Shown here: in pieces, positions 1 through 13,900 of the stretch
Layout of the letters: the number at the start of each line of letters is the position of its first letter
How positions within the stretch are numbered: the stretch's first letter is position 1
Source: Cetorhinus maximus
Taxonomy: Eukaryota
Direction: 5' to 3'
Assembly: GCF_964194155.1 (NCBI RefSeq)
Contig: NC_135891.1
Location: 103,788,001-103,852,000 of the forward strand
DNA: 64,000 nt
Position numbers and translations under genes: made by a program
Notes under the pieces: generated by a model
Told to the model about the DNA's origin: nothing
Seen by the model: only the letters and a program-made list of their open reading frames with translations
Databases searched by the model: none

Positions 1-624
1 CTATATATAACATATATAACGTATTTGAAGAGAACTGTGTGAGACTAATTTTGACAAGTGCTTTTAAAGAGCCAATACAGACATGATGGACTGAATGTCC
101 TTCTTCTGCGCTGTAAGATTCTATGATTTAAAAATTGCCCTTATGTGGGCTTAGGTAAGAAGCTTTGGGGTAAGATAAGGATCAACACATGATACAATTT
201 CTATGCAGAATTCTGCAATATTCCAGTATTTTTTTCTACTCTAGTTTACATCAAGTTGTCCTTATAATATCCAGGGAGTTTATAATGGAGCTAAAAAAAT
301 AATAGTAGTTAAAATCCATCAACAACAATACGGCAAGTTATCCTGTTAGGTTGCAAGGTATGTTGACAATTGAAATATTTCAGAATACTAAAAGAATCCA
401 AGAGGTAGGAAAGAAATATAACTTATAGTGCAAAACACAAACTAATGCCCCGAAAGTTGCACAAATGAAAGGAAGGGGTTAGGCATCCTCCAGTACTCCT
501 CCAATGCCTAATGAACAAAGATTTACTGCCATCTGGAATCACTGATAGAATGGCGTCAGTGTTACTAAAACATACACATAATATAATGTTATGTTAGCAC
601 AACATAAAACAACTGCTCTTTATA

Positions 625-785
625 CCCCCCACCCCCATCTTAAACCAGCTTATATTTCACCCCTCTCCTAACTTTACTCAGTTCTGCGGAAGGGTCATGA
701 GGACTCGAAACGTCGACTCTTTTCTTCTCCGCCGACGCTGCCAGACCTGCTGAGTTTTTCCAGGTAATTCTGTTTTTGTTTTTAG
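625..785 (+). mobile_element. Penelope-like element terminal (pLTR) fragment with degenerate minimal hammerhead
   Basis: CTGCGGA-AGGGTC..GACTC-GAAAC-GTC at 684-714, followed by GCTGCCAGACCTGCTGAGTTTTTCCAG. Same sequence as the terminus of the GIY-YIG element at 31143-32137. Confidence 0.8.
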
Positions 786-974
786 CTCTTTATATTGATG
801 AGTTACGCCATACTGGAGCTGATCACTAGCTCACTTTGCAGGACACTATCCTTTGTTTTCAATTAGCTTTATGTACAACGAGGATTCAAATCAGGCCCAG
901 GCGACTGCAAGTTACCCCATGCCTTTGAATAAACACAGCAGCCCCTTATTAGGACACGCTGGGGTATGTTGCGA

Positions 975-1515
975 CTCTGACCACAACTCGAGTATGGCAT
1001 CCAGTTCCAGTCCCCACACTGTAGGAAGGATGAGAGGGCCCATGAGAGGGCACAGAGGAGATTTATCAGATGGTTCCAGGGATGAAAGAATTTAGTTACA
1101 AGATTAGGGTGGAGACCTGGGGTTGTTCTCCTTGGAGCACCAGAGATTTAGGGATATTTGATAGACATGGACAAGATTAAAACAGGTTTATATAAGGTGA
1201 ACAAAGAAAATCTGTTCCCATTAGCTGATGGCACAAGGACAAGGTGACACGGATTTAAGGCTTTGGGCAAGAAGTGCAGGGGAATGTGGGGAAGAACGTT
1301 TTTATGCAGTGAGTGGTAATGGCCTGAAACTCGCTACCTATGAGCCTATGAGGAAGTGGAGATGATCAATAATTTCAAAAGAAAATTGGATGGGCATTGA
1401 GGGAAGTAAACTTGCAGGACTATGGGGGTAGAGTGGAGGAATGAGACTGGATTGCTCTACAGAGAGGCAGCATGGACTTGATGGGCCAAATAGCCTCCTT
1501 CTGTGCTGTAATGAC
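975..1515 (+). mobile_element. CR1 LINE 3' fragment (degenerate)
   Basis: Degenerate ORF2 C-terminal DNA similar to the 43457-44714 copy. Ends in the CR1 tail GATGGGCCAAATAGCCTCCTTCTGTGCTGTAA. Confidence 0.8.
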
Positions 1516-4199
1516 GCGATAATATGTATACTTTAAGGCTCACTCACGACCAAATGTGAAGTGCCCTGGACAAAATTCTTGCCTGGACTGACTTGCACTG
1601 CAAGGTTAACTAAGGTACTGATTGTACAGCTGGAAAAAAACTTTTGTTCTGCTTGAAGAACCACATTGGAATTAAAGATATGGAAAAAGCTGTCATGCAA
1701 AATGACCGACCATTTATGAAAGGAAAAAAATATCTTGACTCCCTTTCCTTCTAAGGACTGCAGTCACAAAATATATACGAAGGATGAAATTGTTTGGCCC
1801 AGCCTAGCTCATAAATCCTGAAATTGCCAGTTTCTCCCCCCAGATTATTGTATCAGGCCGTCTTTCAAATGATTCAAGATTTTTTTTTTCCCTCTAACAG
1901 TCGATCAGGAGCCCTTTCCACCTGTTGTTTTTAAGAGTGTACAGCTGTTCCTGGTGTCAAACCTGAATTTGTTATTCGATGGTTTAAACCTGTGGCCTTT
2001 TCCCCATTGTTATAGTTTAAATTTTCACGTTTACCGTTCCATGCATTCATATACATACCTGTATTACAATGTGCCATTGTGTGCCAACCAGAGTGCGCCG
2101 CACTTTCAGCAGTAGTGGGTATAAGGAGCCCACATCTACTGCTTCACAAAAATTGCATCTAATCAGCACTTGATTACGTTTGGTAGTGAGTGAGCCTTTA
2201 AAGTATTCATATTATCTCGTCATTACAGCACAGAAGGAGGCTATTTGGCCCATCAAGTCCATGCTGCCTCTCTGTAGAGCAATCCAGTCTCATTCCTCCA
2301 CTCTACCCCCATAGTCCTGCGAGTTTACTTCCCTCAATGCCCATCCAATTTTCTTTTGAAATGATTGGTCGTCTCCACTTCTACTAGGTGTCTCTGTTTT
2401 AACACCTCCAGACAGCTTAAATTATGGTCACCAGCGATTAGGACCATAATTGCAAGCAAAATCTATGCATGTCTTATTAGCACTGCACCCATTTTGTGCC
2501 TATTTTCACCCTTTGGTCTCCTATGATTTTTTTTAAAGGGAGAAGACATAACATCTTTTCCATATTCCATAGCATTTCCCCCATTATGAAGTATTTTTCT
2601 ATGACTCCCAAAGACACCATTATAAGAGGGATAACTGGATCAACAAACCTAAGGCAGCAGGTTGTCTAGTTATTAGCATTCTTAATGTTTGCACAATTGT
2701 AATGCAAGCAAGAGCCCTGCAGTGATACATGGTATGTGATGAAGATGACCTTTCATCCAGGCAGAATATGAGACATTATGTAACATCCTTGCATATTTGG
2801 AAACACATGTTGAACTGGTGATGGACAATCAATAATCTTGCATGTCAGCATCTGGGTAAGGACAAGATGGTGGAGAATACGTTCCTTTTTTCACTAATTT
2901 TAGCAAAAAAGCATAAACCAGGGAAAATTGCTTAATGTTCACAGCGCCTTTGCCACTATCAATATTGAATGGAGAAAATTCTAAAATATATAGATCTGAA
3001 AAGACAAGGAACAGTTCCTAGTATTTCATAATTTTGAGAAATAATTTATTTTCACATACAGTTATCTGGAGTGATCTTTATGTTAATGGAGTTAATAGGA
3101 CAGCTTCAGTTTTTGGTGGTGAACTTCTCACCTCATGAAAAGAAGTCTTTTTGGAAAAGTAGAATTGCTTAAATTGCTTATTTTCTGTGGGTGAAGAAAT
3201 GAAGGGAAGGCCAGCCTTCTGCGGACAAAGCATTTTCCTTTCGATTGTCTCATGGGGAGCTTGTAAAATTGAACTGCAACAATTGACCATCCCGATGATC
3301 TTATTACTGTAAGGACTGCTGTGAAACTCCTCACTAAATCCAGAGTCCTGCAAAGAAAAACTGTCATAGAATCAGAGCTTCATACTTCACAGGGAGGAGG
3401 CCATTTGGCCTATTGTGCTGCGACTGCATCATAATAGAAAAACTTCACTAGTTGAAAAAATACACATCAATCAACATGTAGATTTGCTGACTTCAACTAA
3501 AGTTGCTGCGTATAGTAACAGGAAACACAAATCGGGAGAAACTAAACCACAGCAGTTACCAAATGAGAGGAAAATTACTTAAAAACCCTTCTTATGATAT
3601 GTTTCAAAGGCTTATATTGACCTATGTGGCATTCGTGGTCAAAAAGATTTCGCATATTAAGAGCATCAAGTGTCTCGTCCATAAAAAGAGCTCTTGTACT
3701 GGTCAAATATTTCAGTAATATTTTTTCATCCTTGCTTATAAATCAGTCTCCAGACAGGGACACATCCTAAAGTTCAAATTTCTGTTCCAGTGACACATTG
3801 TGAGGATAGTTCCTACCATGGTTGACACTACCATCACTATTCAAGATTCTCCTTCCTGTGTATAGTGATGTGTCCTTCATTCTGTGGAAAATTTTCCTTT
3901 GGGGCAAATTATAACCTGTGCTAAAACTCACCAGGCTTCTGAACAAGCTTCTGAAGCTTAGAAATTCAGGGAAGGTTCAGGTTTCTGACTAGGTCCTGAT
4001 GGGCTTTAATTTGATTTCACACTGAGCCCAATGCAGAAGTTTGAACTTTCCTATTGCTCTATGGTCATATACTGTTGACAATGCCACACACATGGTGCTG
4101 TCAGTACCTGATGATACGATCAAACTAGGAATGAAGGAGACTGGATGTTGTAGTGGATTGGAAAATTGTCCCGAGTGGCTGTAGGATGCAATAGTTCAC

Positions 4200-4770
4200 C
4201 TTTTTTTCCCCAGGGTTAGGGAAAGAAAGTTCAGCTGTAGCAACTTTGTTTTTAAGATATTAAGGGGAACAGATAGGGTAAATATCGAGAAACTATTGCT
4301 ACTGGTTGGGGAGTCTGGGGCTAGGGGGCATTGTCTAAAAATTAGAACCAGCCTTTTCAGGAATGAAATTAGGAAGCATGCAAAATAATATCGCTGCCAC
4401 TTCACTGTCGCTGGGTCAAAATCCTGGAACTCCCGCCCCCCCCACAAACAGCAACGTTGGTATACCTACACCTCATGGACTGCAGTGGTTCAAGAAGGCA
4501 GTTCAAAGGCATCTAAGGATGGACAATAAATGATGGCCGTTCTAGCGATGCCCACATCCTATGGACTAATAAAAAATGTTTGAAAGTCTATTCGCAAAGG
4601 TATTAGATCAATTGTTAATTTTAAATCTGAGATTAACAGATTTTTGTTAACCAGAATGATTAAGGGATATGAGACAAAGATATATATATGGAATTAGGTT
4701 GCAGATCAACCATGATCTCATTTGAATGGTGTTTCAGGTTGAATAGTCTACTCCTATTCCAATGTTCCTA
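4200..4770 (+). mobile_element. CR1 3' fragment interrupted by the 3' end (about 4385-4575) of a second LINE family
   Basis: CR1-like GGGGAGTCTGGGGCTAGGGGGCAT before the insert and GATCAACCATGATCTCATTTGAATGG after it. The insert CTTCACTGTCGCTGGGTCAAAATCCTGGAACTCC matches 41560-41900. Confidence 0.7.
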
Positions 4771-4898
4771 TGCTCCTGATTGCTACCAGAGATTCCTAAA
4801 GGAAAGTGCAAATATAGAGATGTCAAGTGATGAGATGATCCCCATAAAACTTAATGGTGGGGATTTTCAGGTCCTGCTCTTTCATGTCTTGAGTCTAT

Positions 4899-5459
4899 GG
4901 CCAGGATTTCCCGGTTGGCGAGCAGGGTCCACTCACTGATGCATAAAATGACGCGGGATGATGTCGGGCGGAACTCCCAACGTCACCCTGCCCCATTTCA
5001 ATTTTCAGGTTGGCGGGGGCTCAGCAGAATCAGCTGAGGCCATTGACAAAGTAATTTAAGTACTTAACGGACCTGCCCGTCCAACCTTAAGGTTGGCGGG
5101 CAGACCAGGAGCCCTGGCGTGCATTGGAAAAAGCATGAAACCTCATCCACGGGCGGGATGAGGTTTCAGGTAGGTTTTAAAATTTTTAAATAAGTGTTAA
5201 TGAAAGTGATGGACGTGTCCCAACTCGTGTGACAGTGTCACATGAGGGAACATGTCAGGGGTATTTTTTTTTTCTGTTGTTAACATTTTAAAATTTGGTG
5301 CCAATCTCCCTGAGGCAGCACTTAGCCTCAGGGAGACGAATGTGCTCTTTTGCGCCCACATAAAATGGCGGCGCGCCCCCAATTGGGGGCACCAATCAGA
5401 GGTGCGCCTCCACGTGCCTGCTCCTAAACTTCCCCCACAACGGGGGGAAAATTCTGCCC
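4899..5459 (+). mobile_element. GC-rich non-autonomous DNA transposon (PIF/Harbinger-like MITE)
   Basis: Termini GGCCAGGATTT and AAAATTCTGCCC, flanks TAT/TCT. Internal hairpins shared with copies at 28420, 49747, 56140 and 62328. Confidence 0.75.
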
Positions 5460-6080
5460 TCTGAGTTCACTAGTCAAGTAAACTCGAATCGCACGCCTTC
5501 ATATACACTTGTTAGTTGATGCTCACTATCGGCAATGGAGAGAGACCAACATAAGAACAAACTGTGATTGTTTATTGCAACAGAAGGCAAAGCACTAAAT
5601 CCTTGCGTACCCCCACAACCACCTCTAGCTCTAGACTTAGTTAACCAGTAGCCTGCGCTGTACAGTGATTGGTCAGTACTGTCGCATGCTTAGTCAACTT
5701 GCATTCTCTTAAACTTACGTGGTAGTCCACTTTACCACACACCCAAAGTTCACGGACTTTTGGCTGGTCTGTTGCGTGTGGGACCAGAAAATCCGGGCCA
5801 ATAGCTTACTGAGACTGACTCATATGGAAAAGGGACAACTGGCGTAAATGAAATCGTAACCAAGCTGGAAAGAGAGAGGGAGGAAAACTGGCAAAAAATA
5901 ATTTTTTAAAAATGTAATATTTCCATTTCAGTTCTGAAACCTGAGTTTGAACTCAACTCAAACAGCTGAGCAATAAACTTTACATCTCTTGAGTCTTAGG
6001 CCAATTCCTGACAAGTATGAGTCCCACAATGCAGTTTGATACTAATTGAAACTAAATTAACAGTCTTATTTACAGACAGG

Positions 6081-6390
6081 GCTCCCCCATGGCTCAGTTG
6101 GTTGAAATAGGAACTGAGCCATTCAGTTCCAAAAGGTTCCAGATTCTATCCTTGATCTGTGGTTGGGATTCCAAAATTTATCTCACCTTAGGGAATGGAA
6201 AATGGACAACCAGGGGTCTTGCTCCTGACCACTATTCCATGATTGCTGGTGGAACTTTGCATGAGAACAGGAGTAGGCTCAGCCATGATACACCCTGCAG
6301 TTCCATACTCCTAACACTATCTGGACACATTTCACATGGGTAAGGTATTGGGGAGAAATCTATAGAACTGAACCCAGAAGGAACTCAGGG
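6081..6390 (+). mobile_element. Old tRNA-derived SINE (second family)
   Basis: A-box-like TGGCTCAGTTGG head. Body resembles degenerate copies near 20810-21020, 27200-27440, 35110-35435 (-), 57050-57270 (-) and 59630-60020 (-). Confidence 0.55.
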
Positions 6391-6399
6391 CTAAATTTT

Positions 6400-7075
6400 C
6401 ATTTGTGGGTCCTGAGTCTCCTCCTTTTTCTTCGGCTGTCCAACTCCTTCCTGGATGCTTTCCCTCCACTTCGGACGGTCTTGGGCCAAGGATTCCCAGG
6501 TATCAGTGGGGATTTGCTGTTTTTCAAGGAGATTTTGAGGGTGTCCTTGAAGCGTTTCCTTTGCCCTCCTGGGGCTCACTTGCTGTGTTGAAGTTCCAAG
6601 CAGAGCGCTTGTTTCAGGAGTCTCGTGTCAGGCATGCAGACAATGCAGCCGCCCAGCGGAGCTAATTGAGCGTGGTCAATGCTTCGATGCTGGGGATGTT
6701 GGCCTGAGTGAGAACACTCTCATTGGTGCGCCTATCCTGCCAATGGATTTGCAGGATTTTGCAGAGGCAGCGCTGGTGGTACTTCTCCAGAGTTCTGAGG
6801 TGCCTGCTGTACACTGTCCACGTCTCTGAGCCATATAGGAGGACGGGCATCACCACTCTGTAGACCATGATCTTGGTGCCAGGTTCGAGGGCCTGATCTT
6901 CAAACACTGTTCCTCAGGCGGCCGAAGGCAGCGCTGGCACACTGAAGGCGGTGTTGAACCTCGTTGTTGATGTCCACCCTTGTTGACAGTAGGCTTCCTA
7001 GGTGTGGAAAGTGGTCCACGTTGTCCAAGGCCTCGTCGTGGATTTTGATAACCCGGGGGGCAGTGCAGTGTGGAG
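6400..7075 (-). mobile_element. RTE-clade LINE 3' fragment (RT C-terminal region, frameshifted)
   Basis: ORF 6662..6907 TKIMVYRVVMPVLLYGSETWTVYSRHLRTLEKYHQRCLCKILQIHWQDRRTN and ORF 6391..6579 WESLAQDRPKWRESI are typical RTE motifs. Confidence 0.9.
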
Positions 7076-7334
7076 GGGGCAGGCTGGTAGAGGATCTTTC
7101 CTATTGCCAGGGGGAAAGGCAGGTTTGGAAACTCTCTCATGCCGGCAGCAGGACTGAGGGGGTGATTTTTGAGGAAGTGGCCAATTAAGTGACTGTCACT
7201 GGGAGTCCCATCTAATTAAGGACAGAGGGTGGGCTCCCAAGACTAATTGGAGCTAATGACAAAGTGGCAGCCCACCAGCAGAGGCGGGAACTGGTGATGT
7301 AGGTATGTGTTATCATTTGTTATCAAGTGTTACC

Positions 7335-7965
7335 GTTTATTGCGAGGGGAATTGAATACAAAAGTAGGGAGGTTATGCTTCAGTTATACAGGGCATTGGT
7401 GGGACCACATCAAAGTACTGTGTACAGGATTGGTCTCTGATTTAAGGAAAGACTTAAATGCATTGGAAGAAGCTCAGAGAAGGTGTACTAGACTAATACC
7501 TGGAATGGGTGGATTGTCATATGAGAAAACATTGGACAGGCTAGGCTGGTATGTGCTGGAGTTTAGAAGAGTAAGAGGTGACTTGATTGAAACATATAAG
7601 ATCCTGAGGAGTCTTGATGGGGCAGATGTGGAGAGGATGTTTCCTATTGTGGGAGAATCTGGAACTAGGGGTCACTGTTTGAAAATAAGGGGTCGCCCGT
7701 TTAAAACAGAACTGAGGAGAAATGTTTTCTCTCAGAGGGTTGTGAATCTTTGGACCGGTCTTTCTCAAAAGGCAGTGGAAGCAAAGCTTTAATAATTTTA
7801 AGGCAGATGCAGATAGATTCTTGATAAGCAAAGGGGTGAAAGGTTATCGGGGGTAGGCAGGAATGTGGGGTTGAAGTTACAATTAGGTCAGCCATGATCT
7901 TATTGAATGGCGGGACAGGCTCAAGGGGCCAAGTGGCCCACTCCTGCTCCTAATTCTTATGTTCG
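7335..7965 (+). mobile_element. CR1 LINE 3' fragment
   Basis: ORF 7307..7792 LEEAQRRCTRLIPGMGGLSYEKTLDRLG..RGDLIETYKIL..TRGHCLKI, followed by the CR1 3' UTR. Confidence 0.92.
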
Positions 7966-8094
7966 TTTGTGAAAGAGAAGGCACCTCAAGGTAAAGGCAC
8001 CCTCTGAAGACTTTTTAAAAAGTCTACAAACCAAAATGGCCACAGCTGCCAGGCCGTCAATGTGGAGGGGAATGTTGTCTGTGGGAGGGGTGGT

Positions 8095-8615
8095 GTGGGC
8101 CTTATTTAAGGAAGGATGTAAATGCGTTGGAAGCATTTCAGTCATTTCAATTACTAGATTGATACTTGGAATGAGTGAATTGTCTTATGAGGAAAGGTTG
8201 GACAGGCTGGGTTTGTTTCCACTGGAGTTTAGAAGAGTGAGGGCTGATTGAAGGATATAAGATCCTGAATGTTCTTGATAAGGTGGATGTGGAAGGGGTG
8301 TTTCCTCTTGTGAGTGAGTCCAGAGCTAGGGGGCACTGTTTTAAAATTAGGGGTCGCCCTTAGAGGACAGAGATGAGGAGGAATTTTTTTCTAAGGATTG
8401 TGTGGCTTTGGAACTCTCTGCCTCAGAAGGCGGTGGAGGAGGGGGTCATTAAATAGTTTTAAGGCAGAGGTAGATAGATTCTTGTTAGGCAAGGTTATCG
8501 GGGGTAGATGGGAATGTGGAAATCGAAACACCAACAGATCAGCCATGATCTTATTGAATGGCGGAGCAGGCTTTAGGGACTGAATGGCCTACGTCTGCTC
8601 CTATTTCGTATGTTC
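8095..8615 (+). mobile_element. CR1 LINE 3' fragment
   Basis: [21 protein letters not shown] in ORF 8036..8251. Tail GATCAGCCATGATCTTATTGAATGGCGGAGCAGG. Confidence 0.9.
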
Positions 8616-10205
8616 ATGATGATTAGTGCGGTTAGGGGAAGAAAAACAGTCTGCTGTATCATGAGCTGCCTGGTTGATGGGAGAGTGAGTACGTCGTCAG
8701 TCAGAGTAGAGGGAGCTGTACTTTGCATTTAGCCTTCCTATATCTAATCTGGGAGCGCTAGTTGCTCACATGGGGGTTCCCTAAATGGGAAAATGTTCTA
8801 TTTTCCGGCACTGACATCTTTCAAGTGAATTAGCTATTCTTCTAAAAATATTTATAAATTTAAAAAAGGGAGGGTTTGGGTAGGGACTTTCAGAATAATC
8901 AGGTGCCGACTATTTATTGTTCTACAGATACATTTCCTATTTAGTCAGGAAATGTCAATTATTGCCTGGTTATAATAAAAATATATAGTGTGAAGGAGGA
9001 AATAGTCTAATGTTACTATTGAGTTTAGAGCTGGACCTGTTCAAAGAAACAGAATTCAGTCCATCTTTATAGCTTGTCCCTGATATATGACCATGTTAAT
9101 AAAATATTATTGAGCTATACTTGTTAAGTTTTAAGGGTATATCCTTCAAGAATAATGTCTGAAACTGATATTCAGTAACTATTTCCATGCACATCTTGCC
9201 AAATTCAGCACTTAGCTAATCTTTGTCAGTTTGGAGCCTTAATAGAACCAGTTTTATTGATGTTCTTTTGCTTTTTAACTGATGGGAAAATGTATTTCTA
9301 ATTGTAGCTCATGAATGAGCTAAAACCTGGATTCTAATGCACTGTATGGGCGTGCATGTATATGTTTCAATTTTTCTTGGGTGGACTAATGTTGAATTGG
9401 GTTGACCTGTAACGATCTGGGTTCCATTGTGACTTGCAGAGTAAGCTGTAAAGGGAAATCCCATCAGGTATCTCCTTGCTGATTATTCATTTTGATGGAA
9501 GCCTCAGAGGAATTTGACATGTGTTATGTGGAACGAAACTGTGCAGTGAGGCTAAAACACGATTATTTCCTGCAGTCACTCTTATTAATCTACTGAATCA
9601 TACTTTTTTTTGCTAAGCAATAAGTCACATTTTTGTGGAGGAGACACTCATCACTCAGGTAAATAATGTGCCTCCAGGAGGAACTCACATTGGTTTCAGG
9701 AATGGAATTTTCCTCCCTTTCAAGACAAATGAAGGTGAAATTCAATCCAGGAGCCAAATATTGGAAAGTTGAATTGATCCCAAGTCAGTGAGTTACAGAC
9801 CCTGAAGACAAGCATCACTTTTTGCTGCAGAATTGGAGATGCTGATGGGACCTGTACAGGTCTTCAACGAACCTCTTCACTTCTATGGTTAGAAGCTGCT
9901 GTCAATCGTGGCACTAGTAACTCCCTGTTTAACAAAGATGTGACTGAGAAATCAATGTACTCGGCATGTTCCAGCAATTATCTGGAAGAAGAATCCCTTG
10001 TAAAACTAAAACTAAAATATTGTACACTCCTGTTTCTGAACAATTTAGTTTGAAATCAAAAGAAGCTTGAGTATAGTTTTGAAATGATTGAACAATGTGA
10101 TTGATGGTGGATTAGCCCTTCCAAGTTTCAGCAATATTTTCTGCCTTAGTCATTGTACTAACTTAATGAGTTATGTACAGTACATAAAGTAAGTTGTCTC
10201 CAAAA

Positions 10206-10733
10206 TGTAACGCGTAGTTTAAGCACATGGACCGCACAAAGATTAAATAAAGAAGCTTTATTCCACTGGCATCAAAACTATAAACTGTCAAGGGAAAGCA
10301 CAATTCCAAGAAACAACTATTTGCAGAGAATCTTCACCGTGATTCTCCAGCTCTCTGTCCTGGTCGGGGCTGTGCTTCTCAGCGCAGCACTTGCCAGGCG
10401 TGTTCAGGTTTGCCCTGCTGCCCAGCTCCTGGCTGCAGCCCTGCTTCCTGCTCTCTCCGTGAGGCTTCTCAGACTCGGGGATGCGGCCAGTCAGTCTGAC
10501 CAGGTCTCGATTCCCCTTCCTGGCTCTTCAGTCACCCTCAAAGGCTCCAAGCTGATCCTAGGCTCCTGCCAAACTGCCACTCCCGAGTCCTGGCTGTTTT
10601 CTCCCTCACCTCACGCCCTCTGGCTCTGCCTCTCTTGTTAAAGAGACTGCTCAGTGCCCCAGAGGGGCCGACCAGTTCCCCCGCTTGGTGCTGTCCCCCA
10701 CCATCACCAGCTGCTGCCAGAGGTCCCACTACA
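10206..10733 (-). mobile_element. Solo LTR (528 bp, probably Gypsy-type)
   Basis: The minus strand begins TGTAGTGG and ends CGCGTTACA (TG..CA, inverted TGTA/TACA). AATAAA lies about 50 nt from the 3' end (+10257-10262 TTTATT). Flanks AAAA/AAAG fit a 4-bp TSD with one mismatch. Purine-rich body. Confidence 0.7.
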
Positions 10734-10974
10734 AAAGTGATCAGAAAGTTTAGAAACAAAATTGATACATGGTTGGTTTCACTATTTTTACTCTACATAG
10801 TTCAGTGGTAATTTTGCAAGATTACCCTCCTGGGATTACTCATGGAATTTACCCCATAGCATTATGGCCCAATCTCACATTTCTGTCTAGCCAGCCTTCA
10901 TGCTGGGAGCGAAATTTTGAAAAATCAGCCCTTCATTTTCATTGTGGTGGCTAGAAATCCTCCCATGCAGCAAC

Positions 10975-13900
10975 AACATTATCAACGGCAACCCACACTT
11001 GGATACTAATTTTAATGTAAAAGAAGATCCCACAGCATTTTCTAAACAGACAGGGAAGTCAACGTTGGACCCTGGAGAACTAGGTTCAGTCTGAGGTCCA
11101 AAAGACTGGCTGAAAATTTGTTTTAAAAAAAAGAAAAGATTTTAAAGGTAGAGGAGAGGAGAGTGGAAGAACAGAGGCGCCTTTCAGCGGGTTAGACCAA
11201 GGTGACAGAGAGGTTCCGCCACCAGTGGCGGGGTGGAGGAGGCGGGAGGGGTGGGGATGATGTACAAAACGATATAGATGGGTTGGTGGAGTGGGCGGTA
11301 AAGTGGTAGATGGATTTTAACATAGAGAAGTGTGAGGTCATACACTTAGGGAGGTCAAACAGTTACAGGGATTACAAAATAAATGGGAATATACTAAGAG
11401 GGGTCGATGAAGTGAGGTACAAGTACACAGGTCCCTGAAGGCAGCAGTTCAAGTAGACAAGGTTGTAAAGAAGGCATATGGAATGCTTTCCATCACTGGC
11501 AGAGGTATAGAATATAAAAGTAAGGATATAATGTTGGAATTGTATAAAACACTGGTGAGGCCATAACTGGAGTATTGTGTGCAGTTCTGGTCACCACATT
11601 TCAGAAAGGATGTAATAGCTCTGGAGAGAGTGCAGAGGAGATTTACAAGAATGTTGCCAGGGTTAGAAAAGTGTAGCTACGAGGAGAGATTGGATAGGTC
11701 GGGGTTATTTTCCTTAGAGCAAAGAAGGCTGAGAGGTGACTTGATTGAGGTGTACAAAATTATGAGGGGAATAGATAGAGGACAGGATAAAATTCTTTCC
11801 CTTCATGGAGAATTCTAGAACCAGGGGGCATAGATTCACGATAAGTGGCAGAAGGTGTAAGGGGGACATGAGGAAGAACTTTTTTACACAGAGGGTAGTG
11901 GGTGTCTGGAATTCGCTGCCCAAGTTGGTGGTAGAGGCAGAAACTTTAAACTTTTTTAAGAAGTACCTGGATCCGCACCTAAAGTGGTGTAAGCTGCAGG
12001 GTTATGGTCCGGGTGCAGGAAGGTGGGATTAGAAAGAGCACCTGGGTGTCCTCGGGCTGGCATGGACAAGATGGGCTGAATGGCCTCCTTCTGTTCTGTA
12101 ACTTTTCTATGGTTCTATGGTTCTAAAAGACCGGAGTTGGCAGACCAAAGGATGCAGAGGGTGGGATAAAAGGTTGGATCACCTTGCTGGCCAGGATGGA
12201 GGAGCTAACGTTTAAGACTTAAATTTAAAAACAGGCAGTTAGTGTATGTCGACGAAGATGTTGGTGATGGGCCAGCAGGATTTAGTGTAAGACCAGAGTA
12301 GGCATTTTGGACAAATTGGAGTTTGTAAAGGGTGGCAGGCAAGGGAGTATTGGAACAACAGGCCTGTAATGTTAAAAGGGCTGGGTTATGTAGGTGGGGG
12401 GTGCGGAGTTTCGGACAGGGAACGTGGATGTCGGGGTTTCCCCACATTCCATGAAATTTTAACTCCACAGCATGTGCCTTTTGTCCTTGACAGATTGTCC
12501 ACCCCGTGACCCCATGATATACCCTGATTGACAGGCTGTCCTTCCATTCTAGTAAGGAGGAATGCAGAGCAGGTTGTCAGGGCAGGTAGGCCCCATCCAT
12601 CAACCAAAGGTGGGGGGCTTGGGGGTGGGGAGGTGGCAGGGGGGCCAGGTGTGTGCCTGATCCTGGAGTTGGGGTGGTGGTCCAACCCCTACTGCAGGGG
12701 TCTTTGTATGGGTTTGAAGCCTGGCTGGGAAGCTCTTCAGCTCCACTAGACCCACAAGAAGTACCGTATAAAAAAGTTGTCCTCACCTCCCTTCAGCTGC
12801 TGAATTTCCCTGGGCCTGGGAAATGCAGCTGGCCATTATTGAACCTGCAGGGCAACTTAACTCAGAGGCTGCCAGCCTCATTAAAATGTTTAAATTGTCA
12901 ACTTGCTGCCTGGGAACAGGTTGCTTCTCCTTGTCCTGCCTCCAAATAACCAAAAAAGTATTTTGTGGTCGGGTTTCAAATTATTACAGTATTAACATCT
13001 GACCTAAACCCAACTCACCTGTTTTTGGGTGTTAAAATCCACCCCCATGGAGTCTAGATATGATTTTAAAAATGGTAAGGGTTTTAGCTGCAGAGGAAGT
13101 GCGATAATTTGTGCTTATAGAAATAGGTGGTCATGCTAATGGATAGGATGTGGGGTTTAAATTACAGCTCAGAGTTAAAGGGACACCAAGGTTATGAACC
13201 ATATAATTCTATCTGAGTGAGTAATTTAGGAGAGGGATGAAATTAGCAGCAAGAGAGTTCATGGCTTTTTTTATTGGGAGCCAGAAATTATTGCTTTGAT
13301 CTTCCTAATGTTAATTAGGAGGAAGTTGTGGCTTACCCAAAACTTGACATTGGTCAGACAGTCTGACAGCACACATATGATAATGGTGATGGAGAGATTC
13401 AGATGATGTTGCTAAGAGAAAGCATGTAGATGATAGAAAGGAGGGGGCCAAAGATAGAACCTTGTGGAACTTCTGGAGGGGATAGTGTAGATGTGGGAAG
13501 AGAAGCCATTTCTGGGTATGAAATGGCTGCATTCAGAAAAATAGGAGTGAAATAATACAAAGGCAATCCCATGGAGCTGGGCAAAGATGATAGAGGATAC
13601 TAGTGTGATCCAGCATATTAATGTAGTCAAGGAGGACAAAGGAGGATAATGAGCGCAGTCTTACAAGATGTTTGTAATGTTGACTAAGATCCGCGTGGTA
13701 CTGCGAGCAGGGTGGAAATTAGACAGGAGGGGCTTAATTTTCATGCCTCCATCCATGGTGGGATGGAGGCAGTGGGCTTAAAAATGATGGGTGGGTCCTG
13801 ATTCCTGTCAATCAAAGTCAGCATCTGCTGAGCCAGATGGTCATCTGATCAATCTGCTTCAAAGATTTCAATGTATTCAGCCCTAGAGCCTTTGTTTGCA

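Noticed and set aside
10321-10641. ORF with a signal-peptide-like hydrophobic start, and an opposite-strand frame with several in-frame TGA codons (selenoprotein idea)
   Set aside because: Lies wholly inside a solo LTR. The Leu/Ala richness and TGA excess follow from the purine-rich strand. No SelP-like Cys/Sec pattern or SECIS seen.
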